DNA from: Marsupella aquatica
Taxonomy: Eukaryota > Plantae > Marchantiophyta
DNA length: 64,000 nucleotides
NCBI GenBank assembly: GCA_973895155.1
Contig: OZ316893.1
Span: 19,534,857 to 19,598,856 of the forward strand
Reading direction: 5' to 3'
Part shown: in pieces, positions 51,119 through 62,870 of the stretch
How positions within the stretch are numbered: the stretch's first letter is position 1
Layout of the letters: each line of letters opens with the position of its first letter
Notes under the pieces: model-generated
Database searches by the model: none
What the model was told of the DNA's origin: nothing
The model's input: the letters and a program-made list of their open reading frames with translations, nothing else
Position numbers and translations under genes: made by a program

Positions 51119-52754
51119 AGTCGCTGGCATCCTGTCTTACCGCGGCTGCTGGCACAGAGTTAGCCGATGCTTATTCCTCAGATACGGTCATTGCATCTTC
51201 TCTGAGAAAAAGAGTTTACGACCCGTGAGCCTTCTACCTCCACGCGGCATTTGCTCCCTCTTAGTTTGGAAGTCTTAGTTTGTAATTGATCTGCAAGCTC
51301 GGTTGAAGCTCTAAGATCGTCTGTACATTGCACAGGTTCATACTTCTCTTCCTCGCTTAGTTTTCCATGTTAATGATGAGGCGTCAGCGGTGCGAAATTC
51401 CTGCAAGGTTGGTGATACTACTGGTTTTGGCAGCTCTTCATTCTCACTGCCCGCCCCCCCCCCCCCCCCCCGGAGCCTTCGCAATTGTAGTTGACAGCAG
51501 CAGAGTTAGGCAACCAATTTGTTTTCAGGGAGACCGCTCACAAGTTTATTAATGATGTTCAGCGCTCTTTCCTATCCACATTAGTATTAATACCTGTTCT
51601 GGAATCTCATTTCTGCAGGTCACTCTAAGGAGGATCGCGCCTCTCTTGGAAGCTGAAGAGCTTAGTAGTCTTTTGAACTCTCGTGCATTTGATTCTGACC
51701 GGAGGTAAATAAGGTGTACAAGTTCTTGCTCTTCCCTGTTTAACACTGAAGAAGCTGCCTCTCTTTCACAACTGACGGTAAGATGTTTTTGCTGCAGGTT
51801 GGATTATGATGAATTTGTGCGGGATTTCACAAAATATTTAATACTTCAGTTTGGGGATAGAGCGGAATCCTATCTTGTATCTGCAATACAGGTACTTGTT
51901 ATAAAACAGAGCCCATTGCTTCCTCGACAGAAATGCAGTCGGCTCTGATCATAGTACCCATCTTTCAAGGAAGTTTCTGTTAGTTTGAATCCATCAATTG
52001 TTGTCATATATATATGACCTGTCGCATTTGAGCATTTCGAAAGGAGATGTGCACTGGCATCAAGCCTGGCTTTGGTCATTAAGGGCATTAAGTCCAAAGT
52101 TCTTTGTTCGCTGCAGGCGTTTGAAAGTCCTTGGCCCCTCATTCAGGCAAATGCAGCCTACTTCGCTGGCTGCCTGTTATCAAGATTAACTGACCGAAGA
52201 CCTCTGGCTTTACACTTACCACAGGTATGGTATTTCAGAGAATCTTCTCTGATCGTTGTTTCAGTGGCATAACTCCACTTAATCTGCGGAATCATTAAGG
52301 GGTCCGCAGATGTTTTTCACCATCACCATCACAAATTCTTCAACTTGAAATCGAAGCGGACTGAGATAGTGTAGAACTTGTAATACCTCACTCGTAGGAT
52401 TCCAGTCTGCAAGTACAGCTGAGGTTTTTTTCATTAGAATAATAAAGACAGACACTATGCCTTTAACTGTGTATAGCTGTTGTGATAGTTTCCCGTGAAC
52501 CAATACATTTCGCGAGGCACGAGGTCACGGGTCAATAACATTGATTGCCTGGAAGAGTTTACCGATAAGTTATCTAACTGATTTGAGATGTGAGAAGTCC
52601 CCTTCCTGGAGTATTTATCGTTTTGTCTTGTATTTTCCAGGTTACTGCTGCTTTAATGAGGATGACTGCAAATGCACCGAGTGCTATAGTTCGCACAAAG
52701 TCTGCTTCAGCTTTAAGCTTGTTGCTAAATGAGATTCCAGATACACCATTGTGA
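33703..52754 (+). CDS. SGR6: SHOOT GRAVITROPISM 6 / Maestro HEAT-like repeat (MROH) protein, roughly 50 short exons
   Basis: [12 protein letters not shown]|[95 protein letters not shown], ending ...EIPDTPL-TGA (52752-52754). Matches plant SGR6 as I recall it. Confidence 0.9.
44398..44707 (+). other. GC-AG intron in SGR6
   Basis: ...QLLRTQ (CAG)|GCATGA...ggcag|GAG TTA GCC (ELAINAC) keeps the frame, with no GT at the exon end. Confidence 0.72.
51034..51257 (-). pseudogene. Nuclear plastid DNA insert (NUPT): fused 16S and 23S rRNA fragments inside an SGR6 intron
   Basis: 51034-~51125 is the reverse complement of 23S helices 69-71 (ttcgtgcgggtcggaacttacccga.aaggaatttcgctacctta.gaccgttatagttacggccgccg). 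~51125-51257 is the reverse complement of 16S V3/530 loop (ttaccgcggctgctggcacagagttagccgatgcttattcc), plastid type. Confidence 0.9.
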
Positions 52755-54870
52755 CTGTTAATTTGAGGTGCGTGACTCCAGATAGATGTCTTCAGGGTCT
52801 AGTTACAAATATGTGCAGGTGGTTTTTTGTAACCAGGTAGTGGTACTTGTCGCAGACTTTAGACTTCGGCAAAAGCTTTCTTGGTTCGTCGGAAATCTTT
52901 GGAGTTGAGAGGCACAATCGTAATGAGGTGGCTCTCCTAGCAGTCATTGTTTACTCTAGATTTGTTGGAAACTATGGCAGTCGCCTCAATCTTGCAAAGG
53001 AGGAAACCCTAACTTGCATCTGTTCCTACAAGCTAATCATTTGTCCTTTGTGTGGTATTGATCATGTCGCGGATGAAATAGCAGCTAAGTAAATTAATAT
53101 ATTCACACATGCCTTCAACGGAAACGGTAGCTACGATGCCCGACTTGCGTTATCCTGTTTGATCTCCTCGGATACATCATATTCTTTCGAGTTTGCCTCG
53201 ACCTGTACTATACGAGGCCGAGCTCTTGTTCGCTTAAGTGCTGCGCTCAGCATTCAGGTAAAACGTCACTCTTCTAGCTCTTTCAAGGATCTCATATTTT
53301 GGGGAGCTTTGTAAATTGTACGCAGGAGGTCGTAAATGTATTCAAATCAAGCTGTTAGTTCCATGTAATTGTTATCGAAATATCCATGAAAACGATGTGA
53401 TTATTGGGCTGTGTAAACTAGGAGGGTTGCGTAATTTGAGTTTTTGGTTGTCTATGATAGCACTTGATCTGATACTGAAACCGAATGTTGGATTTCAGAT
53501 AGAATTAGCTTGTTGAGATGCAGTCCGATGAAACTTGTACAGACAAAAGGCAGCAAGGTGCACTGGCAGCACCGGAGACCATCGTTAGTTTCTACTTATG
53601 TGGCCTTACAGCTCCTGTAAAGATTAGATCGCCAAAGTCCCTTAGTGGCTAATTAGTCAAGGTCAATGGGAAGGTGCCCGTCAATCTCTCCAATGGTGTA
53701 CAGATCCCATTTAGAAACCCATCGACCATAGGTCGTGGGAAATAGGATATTAGTTGTTGATGAGTGCATATCGTTAAACCACAAGTGCACCTATAAAGGG
53801 TTGTGCACCTATAAAGAGTTACCGGTAATGGTTTCAGTATAAAGTGCACGCGTGTAATGGTTTCATTATAAAAGGGCACAGGTTCAGAAATGGGCTTGAG
53901 CCTCACAAAAGGTGGTGTTTGTGGAGAGCGCAGAACCTCTTATTAGCAAGTGTTCCATGGGGCTTGAGCTCCAAAAAAAATTGGTGAGTACAAAACCATT
54001 TATTAGCAAGTGTTCTTTTGTGGTGAGACATTATTCACCAGAGGAGAATGAGGAGTAGTTCGGACACATCAATCGGTCAAGACTGTCTGGTTTATGACAA
54101 TCGCTCCAGTTTGAATCGGGTATTTGGCTATTTTTACCCAGTTCGTCATGTTCTCAACGATTATCCTGCAATGACCGGGCTGGAGTTTGCTACGAGCTGT
54201 TTTCCATCATTGAATGTGACTGTTTGGACGCAATGACCTCTTTGCTCACTTTGCTCACTGGCTCACTAAATGGATCACTCAGTTCCCCTGGCAACACGCA
54301 CTCAATTCTCGCAGATGGACAATCCGCATTATAAATTGTAATTCTGTCCACCTTGCAAGATATTCCACTAAGTCCCTGGGCCGCATACTTGAAAATACAG
54401 TAAACTTCCGGAGGACAATTCATAATAGCTTGAGTAGACAGTCGTGTACAAATTCCTTCAACCCTTTTGGTATTTGTTTTCACAAATATTATTGCAAGAA
54501 AAGAAGTTCACAATTTTGGTTCACCTCATAGAGATTACCAAACTGCCATTCGGCCATCCACCGGGCAGTTTACTGGAAAAAATTTCTCGACTCCCAGCAT
54601 CGTAATATTCATGTTCCTCGACGTCATAATCGACAGGACGACGTTGGTTAAGCCAGCAGTGAATGGTGGATAGTTCTGCAAAAACAATCAATTACATTAG
54701 TTCCAAACTCAAGGTTCAAAACGCTGGAGAACTTATGCGCAGATTTATTTAATCCAGGAATGATTGTAGAATCTGTACATCATAGAATTTCTTCTTTCCC
54801 GCTTGCTGTTGGAAATTTTAGCTCACCTGGATATCTTTCGAAATAGAGATAGCCACAAAAGCAGCCCCTG

Positions 54871-57800
54871 CTATGTGAGGTCATCATCATCCAGCCCGTC
54901 AGATGGGTCTTGATTGCTCGTTCCGACTCCAGCTGTCATGGGACTTGTTGGCAATTGTTTGGCAAGCCTTACAATCTGCGGTCGCAAAAACCAGATCTTT
55001 AATAAACGAGAAAAACCCGATCAAGTTTGCATACAAGAAAACTGCTCAATTGAGACCTATTTCATTGCCCTCGTCGTAAACGGAAGGACTGACAACTCCA
55101 CCCCAATTGTACTGTAAGCCGTTAATAATCACATTTGTAACAAGGAAGACGGACATGATAGTGACGACGTACCATGTGGTCAAGATGTGGAATAACTTTG
55201 CTCGACTTCACCACATACATAATTTCCTCTCCGTCATTCTCTCTGTAAGCCTTTAGAAGATTTTCTGCCAACATGTTTTGCTCACTGTTTAAAAACGCAT
55301 CAACTCTGCCCCATTCACGACACCCATCATCATAACCGTTACTGTGAGTTTTCTGAATTCTCAACATTTCCCAAAAACAACTACAGTGCTAATGGCATAT
55401 ACCAAATTGAACGCACACGCGACATTTATGAATCAAAGAGAGAACAATACCAGCAATTCTTGAGGGTGGATCACAGTTGATGAGAACTGGAAAACTTACT
55501 GGGTACAATCATTGTGACATTGCTGGGCTCCCTTCAGATCTCCGGAATAGAGATAAACTATAATGGCACCAACATATGCCTGCAACATGATCATGAAACG
55601 ACGCCTTGTAAGTCTGCGCAAAAGACCACCCTACCTAAGGATACCCAAACGGATTACAAGGTTCAAACACCAATTGTCAGGGGAAAAACACTGCGGACGT
55701 CAAGCATCAGATAGATAGCTTAAACATGAAAGGTAAGGACTGTCTGTTTACCTTGCACAGGCTCTGGTTAGCTTTACATTTATCAGCAGATTGCCCCCAT
55801 CTCAGCAGCATACTTGCTGCATCAGAGAACCTTACAGACCAGACAATCAACAGCAATCCAATCAACTCAATTTGACGTAAAGAATCCTCCTCAAGACCCT
55901 GGCCACAGAATTCTGACCAAGGATTACATCATTGCTGCAAAAATTGAGCTTCGCCAAGAACAACGTCAAGGAAATTCCCTTATTAATTAGTAAATGCTGT
56001 ATCAAAGACGACTTGTCAAACAGAAAATTTTCCCCTAATTGGCGGTAAATACGTACCGCTTTAACTTGATAAATAGATTTGTAGCAGCACGATAGGTGTC
56101 AAAAGCCATCTGCTCCCTCCCATCCTCTTCGAGCATTGAGCAAGACTCGATGTACATTTTAACTGCAGCATCTGAATCTGCATCCTCGATTGCTCTACAT
56201 TCACCCACAGACTTAGTATCTGATAAACATTAGCAGCTACCAACTAAATGCGCCTGAAAGATAATGAGTGCTGTTTTTCAATATTGAATCTGGATTTGAG
56301 CAAGTGCGATGTATGTAAGTCTCGGAAGAAGGTCCGTCTCCCAGTCTGGCAGATACTTCACCAATAAACCCACCTTCCAAACCACAGACAAAAGGCAGAG
56401 GGCGACTAGTATTGAAGTCGATCCACAAAGGAAGGGATCCAGAACACACCTGGCACCTCTGACAAGTGCATCTGCTGCGGGTTGTGGCTTTCCACAATAC
56501 ATGTACAGCTCAGATGCCCTTTTGTACAGATCTTTTACTTCAGCCCAATCCTCTAATTCCTTCGCTAGCTGTCCGGCTGTCTCAAGGTGCTTAGCTGCTG
56601 TCCACTGTCTAGCCGCAAAGTTTGCAGTCAAGGATCCCTTGAATCAACAAAGATGACTGCTTCCCTGACGGGACAAATAGGATGTTTGCAGACCAAAGAA
56701 CGGACAGTTGGCAGTACGTAAACGAACCATGAGTGGTATCAATAGTCTAGTCGTGCACAAAATTTCTTGCAACTCCGAGACACTTCACCCAGGCCAGATA
56801 AATCATTTCACAGAGCTGATAGAACAAGGATACGAGGAAAGTCGCTCTTGACCCGTCGCTGCTTTCTCGAAACAATGTTTAGCCCTTGCAGTCTGTTTAG
56901 CCAGCTTGTAAGCCAAACCTTTGAACAAGAAAATAGGCACGTCATATCCCAACAGTAATTAGAATGTCACAACCGGCCCCTTCACAACTAGACAAACAAA
57001 TCTTGGCCATCGGTTAGAGTGAAACTACGAGGTACGATGCTAAATTCCTTTCCCTGCAAAGAATTATCCCATTGAGGACAAGAAATATGTAATACGGTCA
57101 CAACTAGGACTTCAGTTCCCAAGTTGTACGAAATGAAATTCTCTAGAGAACCAAAACCATTCAGCACTGGATGTTAAGCTCGAGCGACACTAGAAAGGCC
57201 GATTGAACCTTAAGGCCAGCATATTCAAAAGAGCTGATCAGACCTGCTTGCTCGTAGAGTGGAGTCGCCTGAGCCCAATCAGCCGCCCAGTTTGTAAAGG
57301 ACAGTGTTGTCCTGCACATCATAATTATCGTAACAACGCAAAGGGATAAATTACACCACAACCAGCAGATTTGGGAACAAAATGATTGAACGGGACGGTC
57401 TCCAATGTTCATTGAAAAACGTTTCTTAGATTAGAAACAATGGTCTTCGATATACCCACATATTAAGCTATGACTCCAAAAAGAAAAGCTATGACTCTAA
57501 AAGAGAACAGCCTGTCGCTTTCATCTCTAGGGAAATTCTAGACCCGGAAGGTTTTACGCATACGATTCGAAGCTTGTGTACTATATCACGATAAAGTTTT
57601 TAAAAAATTCAAGAAATTCCTTTAATTTCAGGGGACGTACTATGGCAACTGGCTCGGTTCCTTTCATACACAAAAAAGCCCTCCCCTAGCACTTCAGGTT
57701 GGCAGTGATAATTTTATTCGAGTTTGAAGGATAGTAAAGGTGCGGGGTAGAAGCGAGTAGGTTATGAACATCATATGATGAGGCAAACCCCAACGCCATA

Positions 57801-58378
57801 ACTCACATGCTTATCTGCTTGGGGAGCCCACACCACAATACATTAACCTAAATTTAGTACAGTTTACATCCGGAGGATTCTCAGATTCTGTAGGAACTGT
57901 TGTCACAGTGAAGAAAGAGGGAATTACGAGAGAGCAGCCACAGACCAAACTCAACACAATACAGGGAAGACTTGGCTATTCATCTGGCCAGACGCCCGCC
58001 GAAAGTAACATTTGATTATTAGAAGGAGATAGAGGTACGTACGGAGACCTCAATCACAGCCTCCAATTAAAGAACGGATCATATTTAAGACAGTGACTAT
58101 CCAAAATTCTCGCTGTGCAAAACCAGGAAAGTAATCGCTTCAGAGATATTTGTCACGAGATGAAATAGAACCCTCCCCTCCCCTCCCCGGAAAGTCGAGG
58201 CGATGGGAAGGACTACCAATCAACCTAATTCCCAGTAAATGAAATAACATTTGGAGGGAAGCAAAGACATTCGATCGATATATAATTGATCGAGCTGGCT
58301 TAAATGATCGTACATTTTATCTGCCTTCTTCACCATTTTCTCCGCCTCCTTCAGCTTCTTCTCGCTCTGTTCCGCCAT
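54871..58378 (-). CDS. GSNAP: gamma-soluble NSF attachment protein (gamma-SNAP), about 9 exons
   Basis: MAEQSEKKLKEAEKMVKKADK, TTLSFTNWAADWAQATPLYEQA, WTAAKHLETAG, YKRASELY...QPAADAL, VDAFLNSEQ, acidic end DGLDDDDLT-TAG. Confidence 0.93.
56609..56833 (-). other. U12-type (minor spliceosome) GT-AG intron in gamma-SNAP
   Basis: Donor GTATCCTTG at 56833, branch site TCCTTGAC at 56634-56627, AG at 56610-56609, no polypyrimidine tract. The join TC|A CAG TGG keeps the frame. Confidence 0.88.
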
Positions 58379-58398
58379 TTCACCTTGCCACAACCTTC

Positions 58399-58426
58399 TC
58401 TCCTCCTCCTCCTCCTCCTCCTCCTC
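58399..58426 (-). repeat. (GAG)n microsatellite in the gamma-SNAP 5' UTR
   Basis: About 9 cct units on +, about 20 nt upstream of the ATG. Confidence 0.85.
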
Positions 58427-59043
58427 GTGATTCTCTTCACTTATCGTCTAGACATACAAACCAGCCTACAGTAGTAATAAGAGATGAACAATGCGAACGG
58501 TCGGTCTATCGCTCTGCTTTCTCGTCTCATCATCGGCCAGGCTTCTTGAATCCGAGGACAATGCCCCGAACGTACAACCTGCAAAATAATCAGACGCGCT
58601 CCACAGAATCAATTACAGAAACGCGGAAGCGAAAAACTTCGCCACGCCATTTCTCATTACGAAGCCTGGGAGTCATCCGAATCGGAACGGCATGAAGCAG
58701 TGAGCGAGCGCAATTGCTCCTCTAGAATTGATTGGATTTTCGAGAAGGTGGACAACACTTTTGACCAGCGAAAGTTGGATCTCTGCAATTGATCTACAGA
58801 AAAGAAAGTGGAATGATGAGTCCATAGTACCAGACGCGCTCTCCCTTCGCCTCCACCATGGTTCGTCTTGTTGCAAGGGCCTGCTGCGCACGCAAAAGAG
58901 TAATGCAACCGAAACAGTCGAAGAAAAGTAGTCCCGTACTAATCAACGAGCTTCGGAGACGAGAACTCAAAGATCGAGAAGGAGGAGCGTAATTACCTTC
59001 GAGTCGACTGAGGGTGGAGAAGTCTCATCTTCGACAATGGTAA

Positions 59044-59658
59044 CTGGTTCCATGCGCACCCTTATTATCGCTCTACATGGCGTGCCCTAATTGACCACCA
59101 GAAATGAAAGCCCTCGGGGTCGTGATTTCTTGTATAATTAGCTCCACTGTCCAGTGTCCACCTCAGTCACATTACAATTAGTGTTAGGCACATTAATTGC
59201 TAGCCCCTTCAAATTTACATCTCACATAAAATAAAATTGTGTGACACATTATTTCAGGTGTGACTCTCAATAGAGTTCAAATGAAGTCACACTTTTGGTA
59301 TCACTAATTAAGGTGTTCGTCTTGAATACTGCGCCCTGAGAATAGAGGCATATAACTGAGACTCAAACAGACTCTCAATACAAAGCAAAGTGCATGACTT
59401 ACCAAACTTAACTAGTGCGATTTGGATTACTAAAAAAGTGTTCACACAATTTACTGTGAGTCACTCTAATTTTGGTGTCACACCTTGTGTCACACTAATT
59501 ATATAGTCACACTATTTATGGTGGACAGTGTAGTAATCCTGCCTTTGTAAGTGGTTCCATGCTCACCTTTATTATGGCTCTCCTTGTGGTGCCTTGATTG
59601 ACCACCAGGATTGAAACACTTGGTTTTGTGTAACTAGCTCATAACCTTGCTTTGCAAG
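59044..59658 (+). repeat. ~105-bp diverged tandem duplication; the first unit is split by the CACTG element
   Basis: tggttccatgc.cacc.ttattat.gctct...ttgaccaccag...tagctc occurs at ~59045 and ~59552. Confidence 0.8.
59145..59530. mobile_element. Small CACTG-ended (CACTA/EnSpm-like) non-autonomous element
   Basis: Ends cactgtcca(gtgtccacc)...ggtggacagtg, with repeated internal gtcaca/tgtgac motifs. It interrupts one unit of a tandem duplication. Confidence 0.65.
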
Positions 59659-60738
59659 CTCACAAGTGCCAATGTAGTGAGAACTTTGGTGTAAGTATTG
59701 TATCAAGATTAAATAAGTCATGATAACTTGGTATAAGCTAGCATTACATCAAAATTCAAAATTGGATGTGTAATGTTGTAAGGTTATGATTTTCTAGACT
59801 AAAGATGGAAATAAAATCATAAGTTGTATGCTTATGTTTGCCAAACAATATCAGTGCAAAACGAGAAAAATCACAAAAGGCTTAGTACAAAGTAGAGTCC
59901 TGGTAGGATAACAGTACATTAGTTCTGATTTTGATTCCGACTCACTAATTGCTGCCAGACTTGCCCTACGTTTCATTAAATTGCTCCGTTGCACGAAATT
60001 CGTTTCTGGGAATGAATGTGTGCAACGCATGCGGTGAGAAGCTCATAGAATGATGAGATCCCTTCAACCAGACTACACGGTTGCTGACGTTCGATTTTGC
60101 ATAGGCAGATTCGATCTGAAGCGCTAGATAGGACTGATAAATAAAACCTGTCGAGTTCAAGAATATAATTTTCTTTTCAGAACTATGTTTGGATGAAGCA
60201 CAATGACAATTCAACTTGAATGAACCTAGCATCCAAAAGTGTGACCATTTATACTAAGATACTATTCGAGCTCAAAGCAATGGTTGAAACCAATCCATTC
60301 AGGTTGCAGTGCAGAGGTCCTCAGTTTGTGGAAGTTATGGTCCATCCGAGCTTCTTTCTCTACTTCTCACCTAGATCACAGTTACTTAGGCCTTTCCATG
60401 ACTGCACTAACTCAGACTCCACCATGACAAGAAAACACGTGCTTCCATGATCAAATCAATAATTCCTCTGACTTGATTGGTCTCCAAATTATGATACTGT
60501 GGTGCCAGGCCATGTAACCTTGGAAGCAAAAGATAATGGACACAATATGGTGTACCCCAATTATGCTGAAATATGATATGATTGAAGGGGGCATGTCTGC
60601 ACCATTATTTTGGGTGTCTTTTTTACACAACTGATGTCTTTTTGTAGCATTTGGTTAAATTGTTTACCATCCTTCGGAACCTAGATCGTGCTCTCCCATT
60701 TAGAGGACAATGGGCAAACCTTTCGATTTGGCCTCCCA

Positions 60739-61124
60739 GCTCAAGAAGAAGAGGATATGTAGTGCTTGTCACTTTTATGAACATCCTGATAAATTATCAG
60801 GCTGGGCTCTGGATAGCTGGTTGTTGCCTAAGGTTTGTACATGTGCTCTCCAACGTGCACGCAGAAGTGGCGTGCAATTTTGAGCAGTACCTCTGCATTT
60901 TGTTCTATAAATCTGGGAAGGATCTCGAGTGGTGCTCAAGAAAGAAGAGGATATGTAGTGCTTGTCACTTTTATGAACATCCTGAGGCATTATCAGGTTG
61001 GGCTTTGAATAGCTGGTTGTTGCCTAAGGTTTGTGCATGTGCTCTCCAACGTGCATGCATAAGTGGTGTGCAATCTTGAGTAGTATCTCTGCAGTTTTTT
61101 TATAAATCTGGGAAGGATCTCGAG
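60739..61124 (+). repeat. ~195-bp tandem duplication
   Basis: gctcaagaa(a)gaagaggatatgtagtgcttgtcacttttatgaacatcctga...ataaatctgggaaggatctcgagt twice. Confidence 0.92.
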
Positions 61125-62870
61125 TATTCATCGCCTGCCCAAGGTAGTAGTTATTGGTATAAATTTTCTTACACATGAATATCAGCCGTCCAATTCTCCT
61201 AACTTTAAAGGAGACTGTTAGATCTAGCTCGGTCGGCCAGGTTATGTATTTGATGTATTTCCATTGTACTAGTTGGTAGGCATTTTCTCAACAATTTGAG
61301 TTGGAGAAATTGAAATGGGAACTGAACCCATAAGAAAGATGGATCTAGACTTCCGCCATTCCGTTAGTGTTTTATTCTATGTTTTTGTCCAAAGCATGAC
61401 AATACTGTTGGAATGTATCGCTGGTGTGTCAGAGTAAATATGACGAGAGCATATAACCATATGTTTGACATGATGTTAACATCCAACAACGGAACATCAA
61501 GTCACCGGACATATTGAAACTGTAAACTCCCGCAGGATACAATTTTAAAAACAGATATCTGAAGTAAGGTAGTATTTCATCATTTTGTCCATTGCTATAC
61601 CCCTTGCCTTAGCTAGTGACACGCGAAGCTGTACAGCTGCATACTTCTTGACGTTCTCATGTCGACGAGAAACTCAATAAATAAGGTCCAAGTCTCCAGA
61701 TATTGCGTCTGTGCTAAGTAGCATATCAAAGACACACCACCTCCCGCCGCCAACACACCATGAAATGGAGTTGTTACATGGTGGAATTCGTATTCTTCTA
61801 TTCCAGAGCCTTTAGCAAAAGATATCAGGATGCTTTGCTTCTTTGTTCACTTCCGAGTGATGGCATTGTCAACCACTTCCCTCAGACGCAATCACATATC
61901 AACCTGTCACTGGAAAAAGGAGGCGCTGGCAGGTGTACAAGCTTGATTCCCTCCACGCAACTATGTCACGTATTGATAGTGACTTGAGAGCAGACGACAA
62001 CGAAAGCCTTCCTCAAATGGCACACTGGGGCACAGGACAAAAAACTAACAGCCAACATGCGCACCACAAAGCTGGAAGCTGGATTTGAGGTGAGGTGAGG
62101 GGGGCATGCAAATGGGACACTTTCCGTTACCGGACCAAGAGAGACATCGCACAACAAATTGGATCCTCGAAAGGTACTTTCTACTTCCCTGCATGGATAC
62201 ATGGACACTAAAGAACTGTCTCCAACTGTGATCGACAGGGATTCATGGCGACTCAACAATCAAGCAGCTAAACTGAGATGGATACCTAGTCATGACTGTT
62301 ACTGGATAGACGAACTCCCTGAAAGACTACTGGGACTTTCTCTCCGTGGGCCAGAGCTCCCTTGATAATGCTGTAGATACTGTCCACCAAGTATCCGCAG
62401 TCCAACGTTAAGCAGTTCAAAGAGAACTATAAATAGCCAACAGAATGCTCCTGAGAGCCTACGTGGAAGGAGATTAGTTCTTGAAAGCCGTGCGGTTTGC
62501 ATTGAATCACCTCGAAGTCCTCTTGCATTATCTCAGAGAAGAAATGATTAACAATAACATGGTGTGCCTCTCATGGAGGCGGTGGGGAGCCTTCAATTAA
62601 GTTTCAGTGGGCATGAGATCAAACCTGGTAGTCGAGCATAAAACGAAATTCCCAGAATTTCTTTCTGCTTGTTTCTCGCATTTATGCTCTCGTACTTGTG
62701 ACCCCATTCTAGAGTACAAACGACGTCCCCACTTTCAGGAGCATCGACTAATAGTTGAACCTAGAATTGTTTTCATGCAAAACTCATTTAGACACACGGG
62801 GAAGCCCGGTCATTCTTTCCAAAAGAAGAATTCTATTCACAATTACTTTGTTCAAATAAAGCATCACAAA

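Noticed and set aside
51034-51257. Functional rRNA gene or bacterial contamination
   Set aside because: Only about 220 nt, fused and mutated, and embedded in a normal intron of a continuous nuclear gene.
54190-54483. 97-aa ORF downstream of gamma-SNAP
   Set aside because: No recognisable motif; likely 3' UTR or intergenic.
61980-62520. Semi-open + strand frame, possible LINE or gene remnant
   Set aside because: I could not identify RT, endonuclease or zinc-finger motifs by eye.
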